A stretch of 36,206 bases of DNA from Candidatus Levyibacteriota bacterium (GCA_023245475.1 JAHFKF010000002.1:1-36206); one strand, 5' to 3'; shown: positions 24,103-34,069, counted from the stretch's first letter. Numbers and translations are program-made. The notes: generated by a model not told the origin, from the letters alone.

Positions 24103-25517
24103 TATTCCTTAGTGCCTCGAAGAAAAATTGCCTGCCACGGACGATAGTTTGATACAAAATTATCTGAAATAACCACTTTTCCATCTTTTTTGACAGTCCT
24201 TGTGAAGAATACATTTGCCCCCGCCGCTGCAAAATCCACTTGCTTTAGTTCTCCCTTTGGAAGTGTTGGATCATCTTGATAGAGAGTTTCCGGTGCGGGA
24301 GATTCTGACGTAATAACTGGTTTAGTCATTACAACTTGTCTGTTATCTTTTGTGCCATACAAATTAAATGTTATCCGTTGGGTAATTGGATCAACATAAC
24401 TTTGAATTAAAATTGAATGCCCCGTGTCGTTTTTAAACTTCAGGTCAACCGACGGATAATAAATTGCCGCGTCAATCCCAGGTCCTGAATCTTGCTCATA
24501 ATATCCTACACGATAAGCATGTGGATGACGCTCAACAATAGGAAGTCCTGCATTAAGCGCTGCACGAAAAAGTGTTGTTGAGACTTGGCAGACACCACCA
24601 CCATCACCAAGCACTGTTTTGCCGTTTTCAATAACATATGCTTGCTTGTATCCCGTCGCTGTTGAAATATCCCCAACGGCCTTAGTGGTAGAAAAAACTT
24701 CCCCTGGTTTAACGATAATGCCATTTAGTCGAGATGCAGCAAGGGTCAAATTGAAAATCCGGTTTTCAATTGAATGCTGAAACAATGAAGTACCTTGTCC
24801 AATAAGTTCTCTGATCCCCATATCTGTTCCTTTACTTGCCGACTCCTTGGGCTTTATCGTATTCACAGGAATCTGAATAGTAATAATTTGTGGAGAGTTC
24901 ATAGATGTTGCAGAAACCGCCTGATTCATGATTTCTTCTTTGATGTTGTTCACATCAACTGCCTTTCCATCCTTAGGAAGCCTGAAGTCAACAACCTTTC
25001 CATTTTGAAAGTTAAACATTGCCTCAACTGGCTTTTTATCAAGTTTTTTAGACAGAGGCGCAAGGAGTTGATTCAAGGTATCTTCCTTATATTGATAAGC
25101 AGGAGAAAGAGGAACCCCTTGCAGATACGCCTGAAGCATCAAGCTCATATTGGCAATGAGATTACTTGCACGACCAACGCTATATGCTTGCTTTGCCAGC
25201 AAACGAGAATCATACCCGAAACCAATTTGTTTGGCAGAAATAGTTGCGGTCATTCCTTCACCTTTTAAATTAAATGTAGTATAACGAAGCAGTTCATTTT
25301 TTCTGTCAAAATAATCAATGACCTCAGCTTGTGTTTTGCCACCAAAATCAATGCCATTGATAGTAACTCCTTCATAAATCAAGTTTGTATGAGTTTGCTT
25401 ATAAACAACGTAGAGAAAACTGATGAAGAAAAATAAACCTACAACTGCTCCAAAAAGAAACCAACTAGAGCTTTTCAAAACGTTTATCACATGTCTTTTT
25501 GTCAATGGGATTGTCAT
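24102..25517 (-). CDS. VanW family protein (membrane-anchored)
   Basis: 471 aa. N-terminal TM; GGGVCQVSTTLFRAALNAGLPIVERHPHAYRVGYY is the VanW core. The C-terminal ~80 aa may be a G5-like domain. Confidence 0.85.
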   Translation of the reverse strand: MTIPLTKRHVINVLKSSSWFLFGAVVGLFFFISFLYVVYKQTHTNLIYEGVTINGIDFGGKTQAEVIDYFDRKNELLRYTTFNLKGEGMTATISAKQIGFGYDSRLLAKQAYSVGRASNLIANMSLMLQAYLQGVPLSPAYQYKEDTLNQLLAPLSKKLDKKPVEAMFNFQNGKVVDFRLPKDGKAVDVNNIKEEIMNQAVSATSMNSPQIITIQIPVNTIKPKESASKGTDMGIRELIGQGTSLFQHSIENRIFNLTLAASRLNGIIVKPGEVFSTTKAVGDISTATGYKQAYVIENGKTVLGDGGGVCQVSTTLFRAALNAGLPIVERHPHAYRVGYYEQDSGPGIDAAIYYPSVDLKFKNDTGHSILIQSYVDPITQRITFNLYGTKDNRQVVMTKPVITSESPAPETLYQDDPTLPKGELKQVDFAAAGANVFFTRTVKKDGKVVISDNFVSNYRPWQAIFLRGTKE

Positions 25518-25553
25518 AGCCTCTCTCTGCGTATTATACTATATATATTCACT

Positions 25554-27017
25554 ATGAATGAAGGCATTGTTTTTGACAATAATTCGAATGAAACTCCTCC
25601 GGGAGAAGCAACACCAGTGACAGCTGATCCACAAACAGAGCCACAATCACCTATTGCTACTCCGGTGACACCACCTGTCGATCCAGGTTTTGCCATTAGC
25701 AATGGTGGCAACTCAAAAAAGTTACTTATCAAAATTATCATCGGTATTGTAGCCATAATACTTATCACTTTCATCGTGTTTCTTCTTATCCCTCGTGGCA
25801 AGTCAAACGAACAGGTAACACTGGTCTGGTGGGGATTATGGGAAGATACTCGTGTTATGACACCAATCATTGCCGATTTCGAACGGGCAAATCCTAACAT
25901 AAAAGTACAATACCTGAAACAAAATCCTGAACAATACCGAAACAGATTAACAACACGTATTACCAATGGATCAGGACCTGATATCTTTCGCTATCACAAT
26001 ACCTGGTATCCAATGCTATCAGACTATCTCCTGCCATTTTCATCAGACGTGATCAGTACTGCAGACTTTAAAAAAGATTTCTATCCTGTCATGCAAACTG
26101 ACTTAGTCCATAATGGCGCTATTTATGGTATCCCGCTTGAAGCAGATACGCTTAGTTTATTTGTTAACAAAGATATTCTTGATGCAGCAGGTGAAAAAGC
26201 ACCAACTAGGTGGGATGACTTTTGTAAAGTAGCCAGCAAAGTAACTGTCAAAGATGCTTCAGGAAAAATCCAAACAGCAGGCGCAGCTCTGGGTCTGTAT
26301 GGCAATGTTACGCATGCACAGGACATTATCTCAATGCTATTTGCTCAACAAGGTATCACGATGCAAAACATCCTGACATCACCGGATCGGACAGAAGCCG
26401 CCCTTGAATTTTACACAGCCTTTGCTGAAGGAGGAAAAGAATGCCCTGCTGAGAGCATGTGGAATAATACACTTGATGAATCACGGCTTGCCTTTGGACG
26501 TGGAACCCTTGCCATGTACTTTGGCTATTCCTGGGATATCTTTGATTTACAACGAATCAACAAAGATCTTAATTACGAAATTCACCCCGTGCCCAGCCTT
26601 GTTAATAAAAACGAAACCATTGCAAGTTACTGGGTAGAAGGAGTCTCCAGGCAATCACAGCACCAGAAAGAAGCATTACTCTTTATGCAGTATCTTGCCA
26701 AAAAAGAAACAGCACAAAAATTCTACAATGAAGCTGCAAAAGTACGATCCTTTGGAGAACCATCTGCACGAGTGGATTTAGCGGCAAGTCTTAAAGAGAA
26801 TAAGCTTATTGCCTCATTTGTATCGCAACTACCGCAAGCACAATCCTCATACTTTGTAAGTAACACACATGATGGCGAAGGCGGTCTTAACTTTCTGCTC
26901 AATAATTATCTTGGAACGGCTATTAATCAAATTGAAGCTGGTGCAGCTGCTAATTCCGCCGTGCCATCACTCAATGAAGGTATTGGGCAAGTATATACAA
27001 AATATGGAATCCAATAA
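25554..27017 (+). CDS. Extracellular solute-binding protein (ABC family 1, sugar-type) with a Pro/Thr-rich N-terminal tail and TM anchor
   Basis: Starts at MNEGIVF (ATG 25554; the ORF-track start 25491 would overlap vanW). VTLVWWGLWED, GSGPDIFRYHNTW and GIPLEADTLSLFVNKDIL are typical SBP_bac_1 motifs. No permease or ATPase genes are adjacent. Confidence 0.8.
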   Translation: MNEGIVFDNNSNETPPGEATPVTADPQTEPQSPIATPVTPPVDPGFAISNGGNSKKLLIKIIIGIVAIILITFIVFLLIPRGKSNEQVTLVWWGLWEDTRVMTPIIADFERANPNIKVQYLKQNPEQYRNRLTTRITNGSGPDIFRYHNTWYPMLSDYLLPFSSDVISTADFKKDFYPVMQTDLVHNGAIYGIPLEADTLSLFVNKDILDAAGEKAPTRWDDFCKVASKVTVKDASGKIQTAGAALGLYGNVTHAQDIISMLFAQQGITMQNILTSPDRTEAALEFYTAFAEGGKECPAESMWNNTLDESRLAFGRGTLAMYFGYSWDIFDLQRINKDLNYEIHPVPSLVNKNETIASYWVEGVSRQSQHQKEALLFMQYLAKKETAQKFYNEAAKVRSFGEPSARVDLAASLKENKLIASFVSQLPQAQSSYFVSNTHDGEGGLNFLLNNYLGTAINQIEAGAAANSAVPSLNEGIGQVYTKYGIQ

Positions 27018-27906
27018 TGCAATTATTAAAACCCTCCTGTATAGCGATATCTTTGATTTCCCCCTGACCAAGAACGAGATATGGCAGTATCTTCTGACCA
27101 ATACCGTAATCACCAAAGGACAATTTGAAAAAAGCCTTACAAGACTTCTTACAGCAAACAAACCACTTATTGCAAGCAAAGGCGACTTATACTGTATGAG
27201 TGGTCGAGAAAAAGTTATTGCTAAGCGGCAGAAGAATGCCAGTGAAGTTACAAAGAAATTAAAACTAGCAGATAAAGTAGTTTCCTACCTTTCATACATC
27301 CCAACCATTTCCTTTATCGGTTTAAGTGGAGGCCTCAGTGTCGGCAAAGCCACCAAGCATGATGACATAGACTTGTTTATCATCACAAAAAAGAACACAC
27401 TGTTTCTCACACGACTCTATGTGTTATTTGTTCTTGAGGTATTGGGACTGAGACGTAGGAGAGTGGAACCAAATCCTGCTGATAAGATATGCCCGAACTT
27501 CTTCCTCGATGAAACACATCTTAGCTGGCCTAAACAATCTCGTGACATCTATATCGCACATGAGATTGCACAACTAAAACCACTCTTTGAGAGAAATAAC
27601 ACCTATAAGATATTTCTCCAGAAAAACAAATGGGTGCAAGCATTTCTCCCCAATACCTTGCAAGAAATTGAGAGAGCAACTCCTAAAAACGTACGCAATT
27701 TTCTTTCATTGCAAGCAGTAAGTTTTATTCTTCGTCCCGCTGAGCCACTTGCCAGTTTGTTACAAAAAAGTGTTATGAAAAGGCACCGAACGACAGAAAT
27801 AATTACAAAAGAGCGTTTGTCCCTCCATCCCAACGACTATCGGCCTAAGACAATGAGGCTTTTACGCCTAAAATGCAGTAAATTAGGTTTATTGACAAAC
27901 ACCTGA
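27004..27906 (+). CDS. Hypothetical protein with a polymerase-beta-like nucleotidyltransferase motif
   Basis: About 300 aa from MESNNAIIKTL (ATG 27004, 14-nt overlap with the upstream stop). GLSGGLSVGKATKHDDIDLFIIT fits the G[SG]-x(9-13)-D-x-D minimal NTase signature. The upstream 45 codons of the ORF lie inside the SBP gene. Confidence 0.5.
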   Translation: MESNNAIIKTLLYSDIFDFPLTKNEIWQYLLTNTVITKGQFEKSLTRLLTANKPLIASKGDLYCMSGREKVIAKRQKNASEVTKKLKLADKVVSYLSYIPTISFIGLSGGLSVGKATKHDDIDLFIITKKNTLFLTRLYVLFVLEVLGLRRRRVEPNPADKICPNFFLDETHLSWPKQSRDIYIAHEIAQLKPLFERNNTYKIFLQKNKWVQAFLPNTLQEIERATPKNVRNFLSLQAVSFILRPAEPLASLLQKSVMKRHRTTEIITKERLSLHPNDYRPKTMRLLRLKCSKLGLLTNT

Positions 27907-27931
27907 ATATTAATTATACTGGCTCAGACTT

Positions 27932-28396
27932 ATGAATGCGAAAGCAATTTATCTGACCCAAACTGGCCTTGATGAGCTGAAACGGGAATATAATGAACTC
28001 ACCAATGTCCGACGTCCTGAAGTTGTCATACAGCTCTCTGACGCCCGCGAACAAGGTGACCTCTCTGAAAATGGTGCATATACTGCAGCACGGGAAGAAC
28101 TTGCATTTATTGATGGCCGCATTGAAGAATTAGAGATGCTCATCAAACAAGCTGTCGTTATTGAAGATCATCACGGTGATAAATTAGTCAGTCTCGGATC
28201 GGAAATCACTGTTAAAATAAAAGGCAAAGAAGAAATCTACCACCTCGTTGGCGAATGGGAAGCAAATCCCATGGAAAAGAAAATCTCTCATGAATCTCCA
28301 CTTGGCAAAGCACTCATGGGCAAATCTGTTGGCGACGAAGTTGCCGTTGAAGCACCAGCCGGCAAAATGATTTATACAATTGTGTCAATCGGCTAA
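27932..28396 (+). CDS. greA: Transcription elongation factor GreA
   Basis: 154 aa. LTQTGLDELKREYNELTNVRRPEV...AREQGDLSENGAYTAAREELAFIDGRIEELE. Confidence 0.9.
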   Translation: MNAKAIYLTQTGLDELKREYNELTNVRRPEVVIQLSDAREQGDLSENGAYTAAREELAFIDGRIEELEMLIKQAVVIEDHHGDKLVSLGSEITVKIKGKEEIYHLVGEWEANPMEKKISHESPLGKALMGKSVGDEVAVEAPAGKMIYTIVSIG

Positions 28397-28447
28397 CACA
28401 ATCATTCTTTGTCATTCTCCAAGGTCTGGACAAGAATCCAACTGATT

Positions 28448-29467
28448 ATGAAAAAAACTACCATGACTGCTGTTGTTAAAGATACCGCAGCACCCGGTAT
28501 CGTAATTAAGCAAGTCCCCATCCCAAAGCCTAAGAAAGATGAAGTCCTCGTTAAAGTTCGTTATGCATCTGTTTGCGGTACGGACATTGGCATTTATGAT
28601 TGGATTCCTTGGGCAGCGTCGCACATAAAGCCTCCCCAAATCGTGGGGCATGAAATGGTTGGAGAAATTATTGAGATTAATACCAAAGAAAAAACAAACT
28701 TACAACCCGGTGATTTAGTGTCTTCAGAAACCCACATCTTTTGCCAGAATTGCTATCAATGCAGCATCAAAAACTATCACATTTGTGAGAACATGAAACT
28801 GTTTGGCATTGGACGTGACGGCGCCTTTGCGGAGTATGCGACTATCCCAATTCGTACAACCTGGAAAAATGATCCTCGTATCTCTGTTGAAGCAATGAGT
28901 GTACAAGAGCCACTTGGCAATGCAGTCAATGTCGTCACCAAAGCTGATGTCAAAGATAAGAAAATTCTGATTATGGGACTTGGCCCGACGGGACTGTGTG
29001 CTGGCATGGTAGCCAAAGCATATGGAGCCGCAGAAGTAGTTGGAGTAAATCGTCGCGAGTATCGACGCGACTTGGCAATGAAGCTGGGCTTTGATCGTGC
29101 GGTTGCAAAGATTGATGAAAAAGAATATGGCACATTTGATGCCGTGCTTGAAATGAGTGGTAATCGGATTGGTATTGAAATCGCACTTGACGCAGCACGC
29201 ATTGCTGGCAAGATTATCGCATTTGGCATCCCCAAAGAAAACATTTCGTTTGATTGGGGAAAATACATGATTAATAAAGAACTTTCTATCGATTCAGTGT
29301 TTGGTCGCATGATCTGGGATACATGGAAAGATACGACCGAACTCTTGATCTCAGGTAACGTTGATCTGACCAAGATCATCACCCACCGATTTAAGCTCTC
29401 AGAGTTTGAAGAAGCAATGAAGGTTATGAAGAGCGGTGAATGTGGTAAGATTCTCCTAGAACCATAA
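28448..29467 (+). CDS. tdh: L-threonine 3-dehydrogenase (zinc-dependent MDR family)
   Basis: [21 protein letters not shown] and GLGPTG, with kbl immediately downstream (1-nt overlap). The ORF-track start 28409 is TTG. ATG 28448 or 28463 is more likely. Confidence 0.85.
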   Translation: MKKTTMTAVVKDTAAPGIVIKQVPIPKPKKDEVLVKVRYASVCGTDIGIYDWIPWAASHIKPPQIVGHEMVGEIIEINTKEKTNLQPGDLVSSETHIFCQNCYQCSIKNYHICENMKLFGIGRDGAFAEYATIPIRTTWKNDPRISVEAMSVQEPLGNAVNVVTKADVKDKKILIMGLGPTGLCAGMVAKAYGAAEVVGVNRREYRRDLAMKLGFDRAVAKIDEKEYGTFDAVLEMSGNRIGIEIALDAARIAGKIIAFGIPKENISFDWGKYMINKELSIDSVFGRMIWDTWKDTTELLISGNVDLTKIITHRFKLSEFEEAMKVMKSGECGKILLEP

Positions 29468-30666
29468 TGAGTAATATACAAAAATTTTATCAAGGACTTG
29501 AAGTATCTACCAAAGCCGGGAAAGCTCCATATACCATCGAGTCAGGGCAAGGAGCATACCTCACTATCAATGGCACCAAGAAGCTCAACTTCTGCTCAAG
29601 TCATTACCTTGGCTTTGCAGTTGATGAGCGGATCAAACAAGCCGCGATTAAAGCCATAGAGAAGTATGGTCTGGGGACAGGCTATCGAACCCTCGCCGGA
29701 ACACACGAGTTGCACCTTAAACTTGAAGAAGCTCTTGCTCACTTTAAAGGAACCGAAAAAGCAGTCGTCCTCTCAAGTGCGTACATGGCAAACTGCGCAG
29801 CAATCCAAACAATCATCGGCAAAGAAGACATCGTTATCTCCGATGAACTCAATCATGCTTCAATCATTGATGCCGTCAGACTTTCTGGAGTTAAGAACAA
29901 AATGATTTATAAACACGCTGACATGACAAGTCTTGAAGAGAAACTTAAAGAAGCAGACGAGCTTCGCCGCACCCCAAAGACAAACGGAGAGACACCGCTC
30001 ATTCTTATCGTCACTGATGGTGTGTTCTCAATGGACGGAGATCTTGCACCACTTCCAGAGATCGTGAATCTGGCCAAAGAGTATGAAGCACTCACGATGG
30101 TCGATGATGCACACGGAGAGGGAGTGCTTGGACGTGGAGGACGCGGCATTGTAAATCACTTTGGACTTGAGGGTGAAGTAGATATTGAAGTCGGCAGTCT
30201 TTCCAAAGCCTTCTCCGTCATGGGAGGATTTATCGCCGGCAAAAAATCTCTGATCGACTTTTATCTCTTAAAAGCACGTCAACGACTTTTCTCAATTGCG
30301 CTGACGATTCCCGATACAGCAGCAGCTCTTGAGGCAGTAACTATCCTACAAGAATCCGATGAGGTTGTGACAAAGCTGTGGGATAACACAAAATACCTAC
30401 GAAGTGAATTACAAAAGTACGGCTTTGATACGGGCAATTCTGAAACACCTATCACACCTGTCATGCTTGGCGATGAGGAAATTGCCAAAGAGTTTAGTAC
30501 CAAGCTTTTTGCAGAAGATGTCTTTGCCACACCAATTGTTTTCCCAATGGTTGCAAAAGGTAAAGCACGAATACGCGTCATCCCATCCGCAGCACATAGT
30601 AAAGAAGATTTAGATCGTGGCATTGCAGCGTTTGTCAAAGTGGCCAAAGAACTAAACGTGCTCTAA
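29467..30666 (+). CDS. kbl: Glycine C-acetyltransferase (2-amino-3-ketobutyrate CoA ligase)
   Basis: 399 aa. [26 protein letters not shown] and GSLSKAF (PLP lysine) are alpha-oxoamine synthase motifs. Pairing with tdh favours Kbl over BioF. Confidence 0.85.
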   Translation: MSNIQKFYQGLEVSTKAGKAPYTIESGQGAYLTINGTKKLNFCSSHYLGFAVDERIKQAAIKAIEKYGLGTGYRTLAGTHELHLKLEEALAHFKGTEKAVVLSSAYMANCAAIQTIIGKEDIVISDELNHASIIDAVRLSGVKNKMIYKHADMTSLEEKLKEADELRRTPKTNGETPLILIVTDGVFSMDGDLAPLPEIVNLAKEYEALTMVDDAHGEGVLGRGGRGIVNHFGLEGEVDIEVGSLSKAFSVMGGFIAGKKSLIDFYLLKARQRLFSIALTIPDTAAALEAVTILQESDEVVTKLWDNTKYLRSELQKYGFDTGNSETPITPVMLGDEEIAKEFSTKLFAEDVFATPIVFPMVAKGKARIRVIPSAAHSKEDLDRGIAAFVKVAKELNVL

Positions 30667-30674
30667 AGTAATTA

Positions 30675-30703
30675 TTTACAAACTATCAGCCTCATGGTAT
30701 CAT
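30675..30703 (+). promoter_or_regulatory. Candidate promoter TTTACA-17 nt-TATCAT, ending 5 nt before the guaA ATG
   Basis: Read directly from the sequence. No Shine-Dalgarno between the -10 and ATG 30709. Confidence 0.3.
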
Positions 30704-30708
30704 AAATC

Positions 30709-32226
30709 ATGCTCCTTATCGTAGATTTTGGCTCCCAGACAGCTCACCTTATCGGCAGACGATTTAGACAACTTGGCGTGACCGTTGAATACACAACTCC
30801 TGAAGAAGCTCTCAGTACAATCACAGAAAAAGCACCATCTGGTATTGTTTTTTCGGGGGGACCATCATCTGTCTATGAAAAAGGTGCTCCGACCATCTCA
30901 AAATCCGTCTTGACGCGCGGACTTCCAATTCTAGGTATTTGTTACGGCTGGCAACTGATGGCAAAACTCCTTGGTGGAACGGTTAAAAACACGACCAAAG
31001 AATATGGCCCGGAAAAAATACATATCAAAAAAGCAGAAGGCCCTCTTGCTAACTTACCTAAGAAAAGCTTTAGTGTCATCGTTTCACATGGAGATTCAGT
31101 CATAACCTTACCTGTTGGATTTGAGACCCTTGCTACCACAGAATCCGTTGAATACTCAGCAGTTGCTCACCATGACAAACAATTGTACGGCGTACAATTT
31201 CATCCTGAAGCAGACCATACAGAGCATGGTTTGGATATCTTAAAAAACTTTGCCCACCTCTGTCATGAAATCATGAATCCGTTAAGCCTTGATCCCAAAC
31301 CAATTATTGCCAATATCAAACAAAACGTTGGTGACAAAAAAGTTATCTGTGCTGTCTCAGGAGGCGTTGATTCAAGTGTTGCTGCGTTTCTGATCGGTAA
31401 AGCAATTGGCAAGCAGCTGATCCCCGTGTACGTCGAGTCAGGCCTTATGAGACAAAGAACCGAGGAGCGAGTCAGAACGCTTTTTAGTAAAGAACTAAAA
31501 ACAGCGCTTGTCGTTGTCAATGCACGAACGAAGTTTCTCAAAGCCCTCAAAGGGGTAACTGACCCTGAAAAGAAACGTAAAATCATTGGGAAATTGTATG
31601 TGGATATCTTTCAAGAAGAAGCAGCAAAGCATAAAGACGCACGATTTCTTGCTCAAGGAACGATCTACTCTGATGTCATTGAATCTAAAGGCAGTAAGCA
31701 TGCATCAAAGATTAAGTCTCATCACAACGTTGGAGGTCTTCCCAAAGATATGAAACTAAAATTGCTTGAACCAAACAGAAACTATTACAAAGATGAAGTG
31801 CGCGAAATTGGCCGCCTTGCTGGTCTCTCTGAAGAAACAATCATGCAACAACCATGGCCGGGCCCCGGACACGCAGTTAATATCATGGGAGAAGTAACAG
31901 AGAAGCGTCTCTCCCAAGTCATGCAAGCTGATGAAATTGTCGTTGAAGAAATGCAAAAAGCTGGGCTTTATACCAAAGTGTTTGAATGCTTTGCCATTAT
32001 GTCAGGCGCCTACTCAACGGCCGTCAAAGGAGACAGCCGTGTCTTTGCAGAGGTGGTTGCCATCAGATCCTACGATTCCAATGACATCATGACTGCTGAT
32101 TGGACCAAGATTCCTTATGATGTGCTGGCAAAGATCTCATCTCGAATAGTCAATGAAGTTCCAGACGTCTCCCGTGTCGTGTACGACATTACTACCAAAC
32201 CTCCAGCCACCATGCGGTGGGAATAA
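30709..32226 (+). CDS. guaA: GMP synthase (glutamine-hydrolysing)
   Basis: 505 aa. GATase domain (GICYGWQLM, QFHPE), ATP-PPase P-loop (CAVSGGVDSSV), C-terminal PPATMRWE. Confidence 0.95.
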   Translation: MLLIVDFGSQTAHLIGRRFRQLGVTVEYTTPEEALSTITEKAPSGIVFSGGPSSVYEKGAPTISKSVLTRGLPILGICYGWQLMAKLLGGTVKNTTKEYGPEKIHIKKAEGPLANLPKKSFSVIVSHGDSVITLPVGFETLATTESVEYSAVAHHDKQLYGVQFHPEADHTEHGLDILKNFAHLCHEIMNPLSLDPKPIIANIKQNVGDKKVICAVSGGVDSSVAAFLIGKAIGKQLIPVYVESGLMRQRTEERVRTLFSKELKTALVVVNARTKFLKALKGVTDPEKKRKIIGKLYVDIFQEEAAKHKDARFLAQGTIYSDVIESKGSKHASKIKSHHNVGGLPKDMKLKLLEPNRNYYKDEVREIGRLAGLSEETIMQQPWPGPGHAVNIMGEVTEKRLSQVMQADEIVVEEMQKAGLYTKVFECFAIMSGAYSTAVKGDSRVFAEVVAIRSYDSNDIMTADWTKIPYDVLAKISSRIVNEVPDVSRVVYDITTKPPATMRWE

Positions 32227-32280
32227 ATGACTACCTACAAGAAAGAGCAACATATCGAGGAATAAAAAAATTCGCAGGGA

Positions 32281-32931
32281 TCAATAGCGGGTACTTGCAG
32301 GCTTTGTGCTGCCAGTAGTAACGACTGGTGCTGTTTGCGTTGTTGATCCTGCTGTGCTAAAGGTAACCAAAGTTCCCATTGCTTCTTTAAGTACTGATGT
32401 AGCAACGCCTCGTGCTGTGACAAGAGATGTTGGTAAGAGTGCTAGCTGCATCTGCTGACCAACTGGTGCTGTCTTTGCTGTAAAGGTAAGTGTTGCGACA
32501 GCCCCGTTTGCTGTGATGTGCTGACTACTTGGTGAGATACCAACAGCATAAGTATATCGACCTGTTTGTGGATTATTTTTGTCAATAAGTACTACTGGGT
32601 TTGAAAAGGATGAACTTGGCGTTATTTTAAGATTGGTAATTAAGGTTGGGTCGTAACCGATTTCTAACTGGACAGCCGTTACTGGATTGTCCGATGGAGC
32701 AAGCATCACGCTGACACTACCTTGCTGTCCTGAGACAACAGTAACTGGATTGGGAGAAAGACTTAAGACAGAGTGAGCAATTGAAGCAGGCGCTGTTTGA
32801 GCAGTTTGTTCTGGCTGCTGAGTTGCACTCTTTGTACCCGTTTTAAGCGCAATAACAAAGAGGACTACGGTTACCAATACCAGACAAACTATAAGGGCAA
32901 GTGTTTTCTTCGGCATATCTGTATTTATCAT
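32281..32931 (-). CDS. N-terminally anchored surface protein with a cohesin-like beta-sandwich domain
   Basis: 216 aa. TM anchor (LALIVCLVLVTVVLFVIAL), a Gln/Thr/Ala-rich linker, then VSVMLAPSDNPVTAVQLEIGYDPTLITNLKI...GAVATLTFTAK, resembling cohesin domains. Confidence 0.5.
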   Translation of the reverse strand: MINTDMPKKTLALIVCLVLVTVVLFVIALKTGTKSATQQPEQTAQTAPASIAHSVLSLSPNPVTVVSGQQGSVSVMLAPSDNPVTAVQLEIGYDPTLITNLKITPSSSFSNPVVLIDKNNPQTGRYTYAVGISPSSQHITANGAVATLTFTAKTAPVGQQMQLALLPTSLVTARGVATSVLKEAMGTLVTFSTAGSTTQTAPVVTTGSTKPASTRY

Positions 32932-33028
32932 AGAACAACTATTTTCCCTTTTGCAAGTACCAAAATTGCCATTTATGTAATCGTAGGCTCTATATTAGCA
33001 GTAACACAGTATTGTATACTACTACTGT

Positions 33029-33700
33029 ATGCTCTTTGCTGGATTATTCTTTATCGAATTAATTCTCTTATTTTTTCTTGCCAAAATTGTGCAGAAGAAA
33101 CTCTCTCACTTTTTCTATAAGAGAACCCACAGTATCAAAGTAACTGTATATCTTTTGGCTTTACTCTTTTTCCCAGGGACGCTTATTCATGAATTGGCTC
33201 ATTTCCTCATGGCAGGTATCTTATTTGTTCCAGTCCACCATATGGAACTGTTCCCCAAAATAGAAGAAGATTATGTAAAGCTGGGAAGTGTTACTATGGC
33301 AAAAAGAGACCCTTTTCGAAGATTTTTGGTAGGAATTGCACCATTTCTGGTGGGTATAGCACTCATGCTTGGGATTATCTTTTATGCTATTCAAAACAAT
33401 CTCTATAGCAACATTGCGTTTGCCTTACTTATTGCTTATGTGGTTTTTGAAATTGGTAACACGATGTTTTCCAGCAAACAAGATATGGACGGCGCACTTG
33501 AGTTGCTTGCGGCTGTAGGGTTCTTGGGGCTTGTGCTATTTATCCTCGGACTTCGTGTCCCAATTCATCCAGAACAAATTTTTACACCTATCGTCATTGA
33601 CGTATTCATCAAAGGAAGTTTATTTTTACTAATTCCATTGGCAATTGATGGATTATTGATTGGCTTATTTACACTCTTTAAACACAAGCATCATCGGTAA
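33029..33700 (+). CDS. Polytopic membrane protein with an intramembrane HExxH motif (putative zinc metalloprotease, DUF3267/M50-like)
   Basis: 223 aa. GTLIHELAHFLMAGILFVPVHH lies within a hydrophobic segment. About 6 TM. Confidence 0.45.
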   Translation: MLFAGLFFIELILLFFLAKIVQKKLSHFFYKRTHSIKVTVYLLALLFFPGTLIHELAHFLMAGILFVPVHHMELFPKIEEDYVKLGSVTMAKRDPFRRFLVGIAPFLVGIALMLGIIFYAIQNNLYSNIAFALLIAYVVFEIGNTMFSSKQDMDGALELLAAVGFLGLVLFILGLRVPIHPEQIFTPIVIDVFIKGSLFLLIPLAIDGLLIGLFTLFKHKHHR

Positions 33701-33732
33701 CTCTTACCAAGACTAGATTACAAAAACAACAC

Positions 33733-33757
33733 AATAATGCCTTTATCAAGCATTATT
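33733..33757. terminator. Candidate bidirectional intrinsic terminator between convergent genes
   Basis: Hairpin AATAATGC-CTTTATCAA-GCATTATT. T-rich tract follows on the plus strand (ATGTTATATTTGTTTC) and on the minus strand (GTGTTGTTTTTGT). The stem is A/T-rich and therefore weak. Confidence 0.35.
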
Positions 33758-33826
33758 ATGTTATATTTGTTTCTACCCTAAAACAACCACTCTTCAGCGG
33801 TAGTTAGATAAAAGAATAACACCACG

Positions 33827-34069
33827 TTACTTTGTACCAGGGGTACCACAGACTTTGCAATCTCCCTTGTGGGTGAAAAGCAAATAAATAGATGCGATAC
33901 CGACCAATGTATAAATAGTTGCTGAGACAACAGGAGTATTGTTTACGATAACTCCACCAAAGATTGATTCAACGACATCAACCCCGAACAATCCATAGAC
34001 TCCCCAGTTGAGGCCACCAACAATCACCAAAATAAACGCAACCATGTGTAGCAATTTTTTCTTATCCAT
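33827..34069 (-). CDS. DUF378 domain membrane protein
   Basis: About 80 aa from MDKKKLLHMVAFILVIVGGLNWGVYGLFGVDVVESIFG (DUF378 signature GGLNWG). A strong Shine-Dalgarno AAGGAGG (34080-34086) lies 10 nt upstream of ATG 34069. The longer ORF start 34129 is not needed. Confidence 0.75.
   Translation of the reverse strand: MDKKKLLHMVAFILVIVGGLNWGVYGLFGVDVVESIFGGVIVNNTPVVSATIYTLVGIASIYLLFTHKGDCKVCGTPGTK

Noticed and set aside
26869-27003. N-terminal 45-codon extension of ORF 26869-27906
   Set aside because: It lies inside the solute-binding protein gene in another frame. ATG 27004 gives a 14-nt coupled overlap and a sensible N-terminus.
28404-28437. Imperfect hairpin ATTCTTTGTC...GACAAGAAT between greA and tdh as terminator or attenuator
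   Set aside because: The stem has 9 bp with a bulge and a 15-nt loop. It is A/T-rich and not followed by a U-tract, so it is not distinguishable from chance in this composition.
28777-29493. 238-aa minus-strand ORF
   Set aside because: It is entirely antisense to the strongly supported tdh gene (and the kbl start). It has Ser/Ala/Ile/Pro-rich composition with no recognisable motifs. This is a typical shadow ORF.
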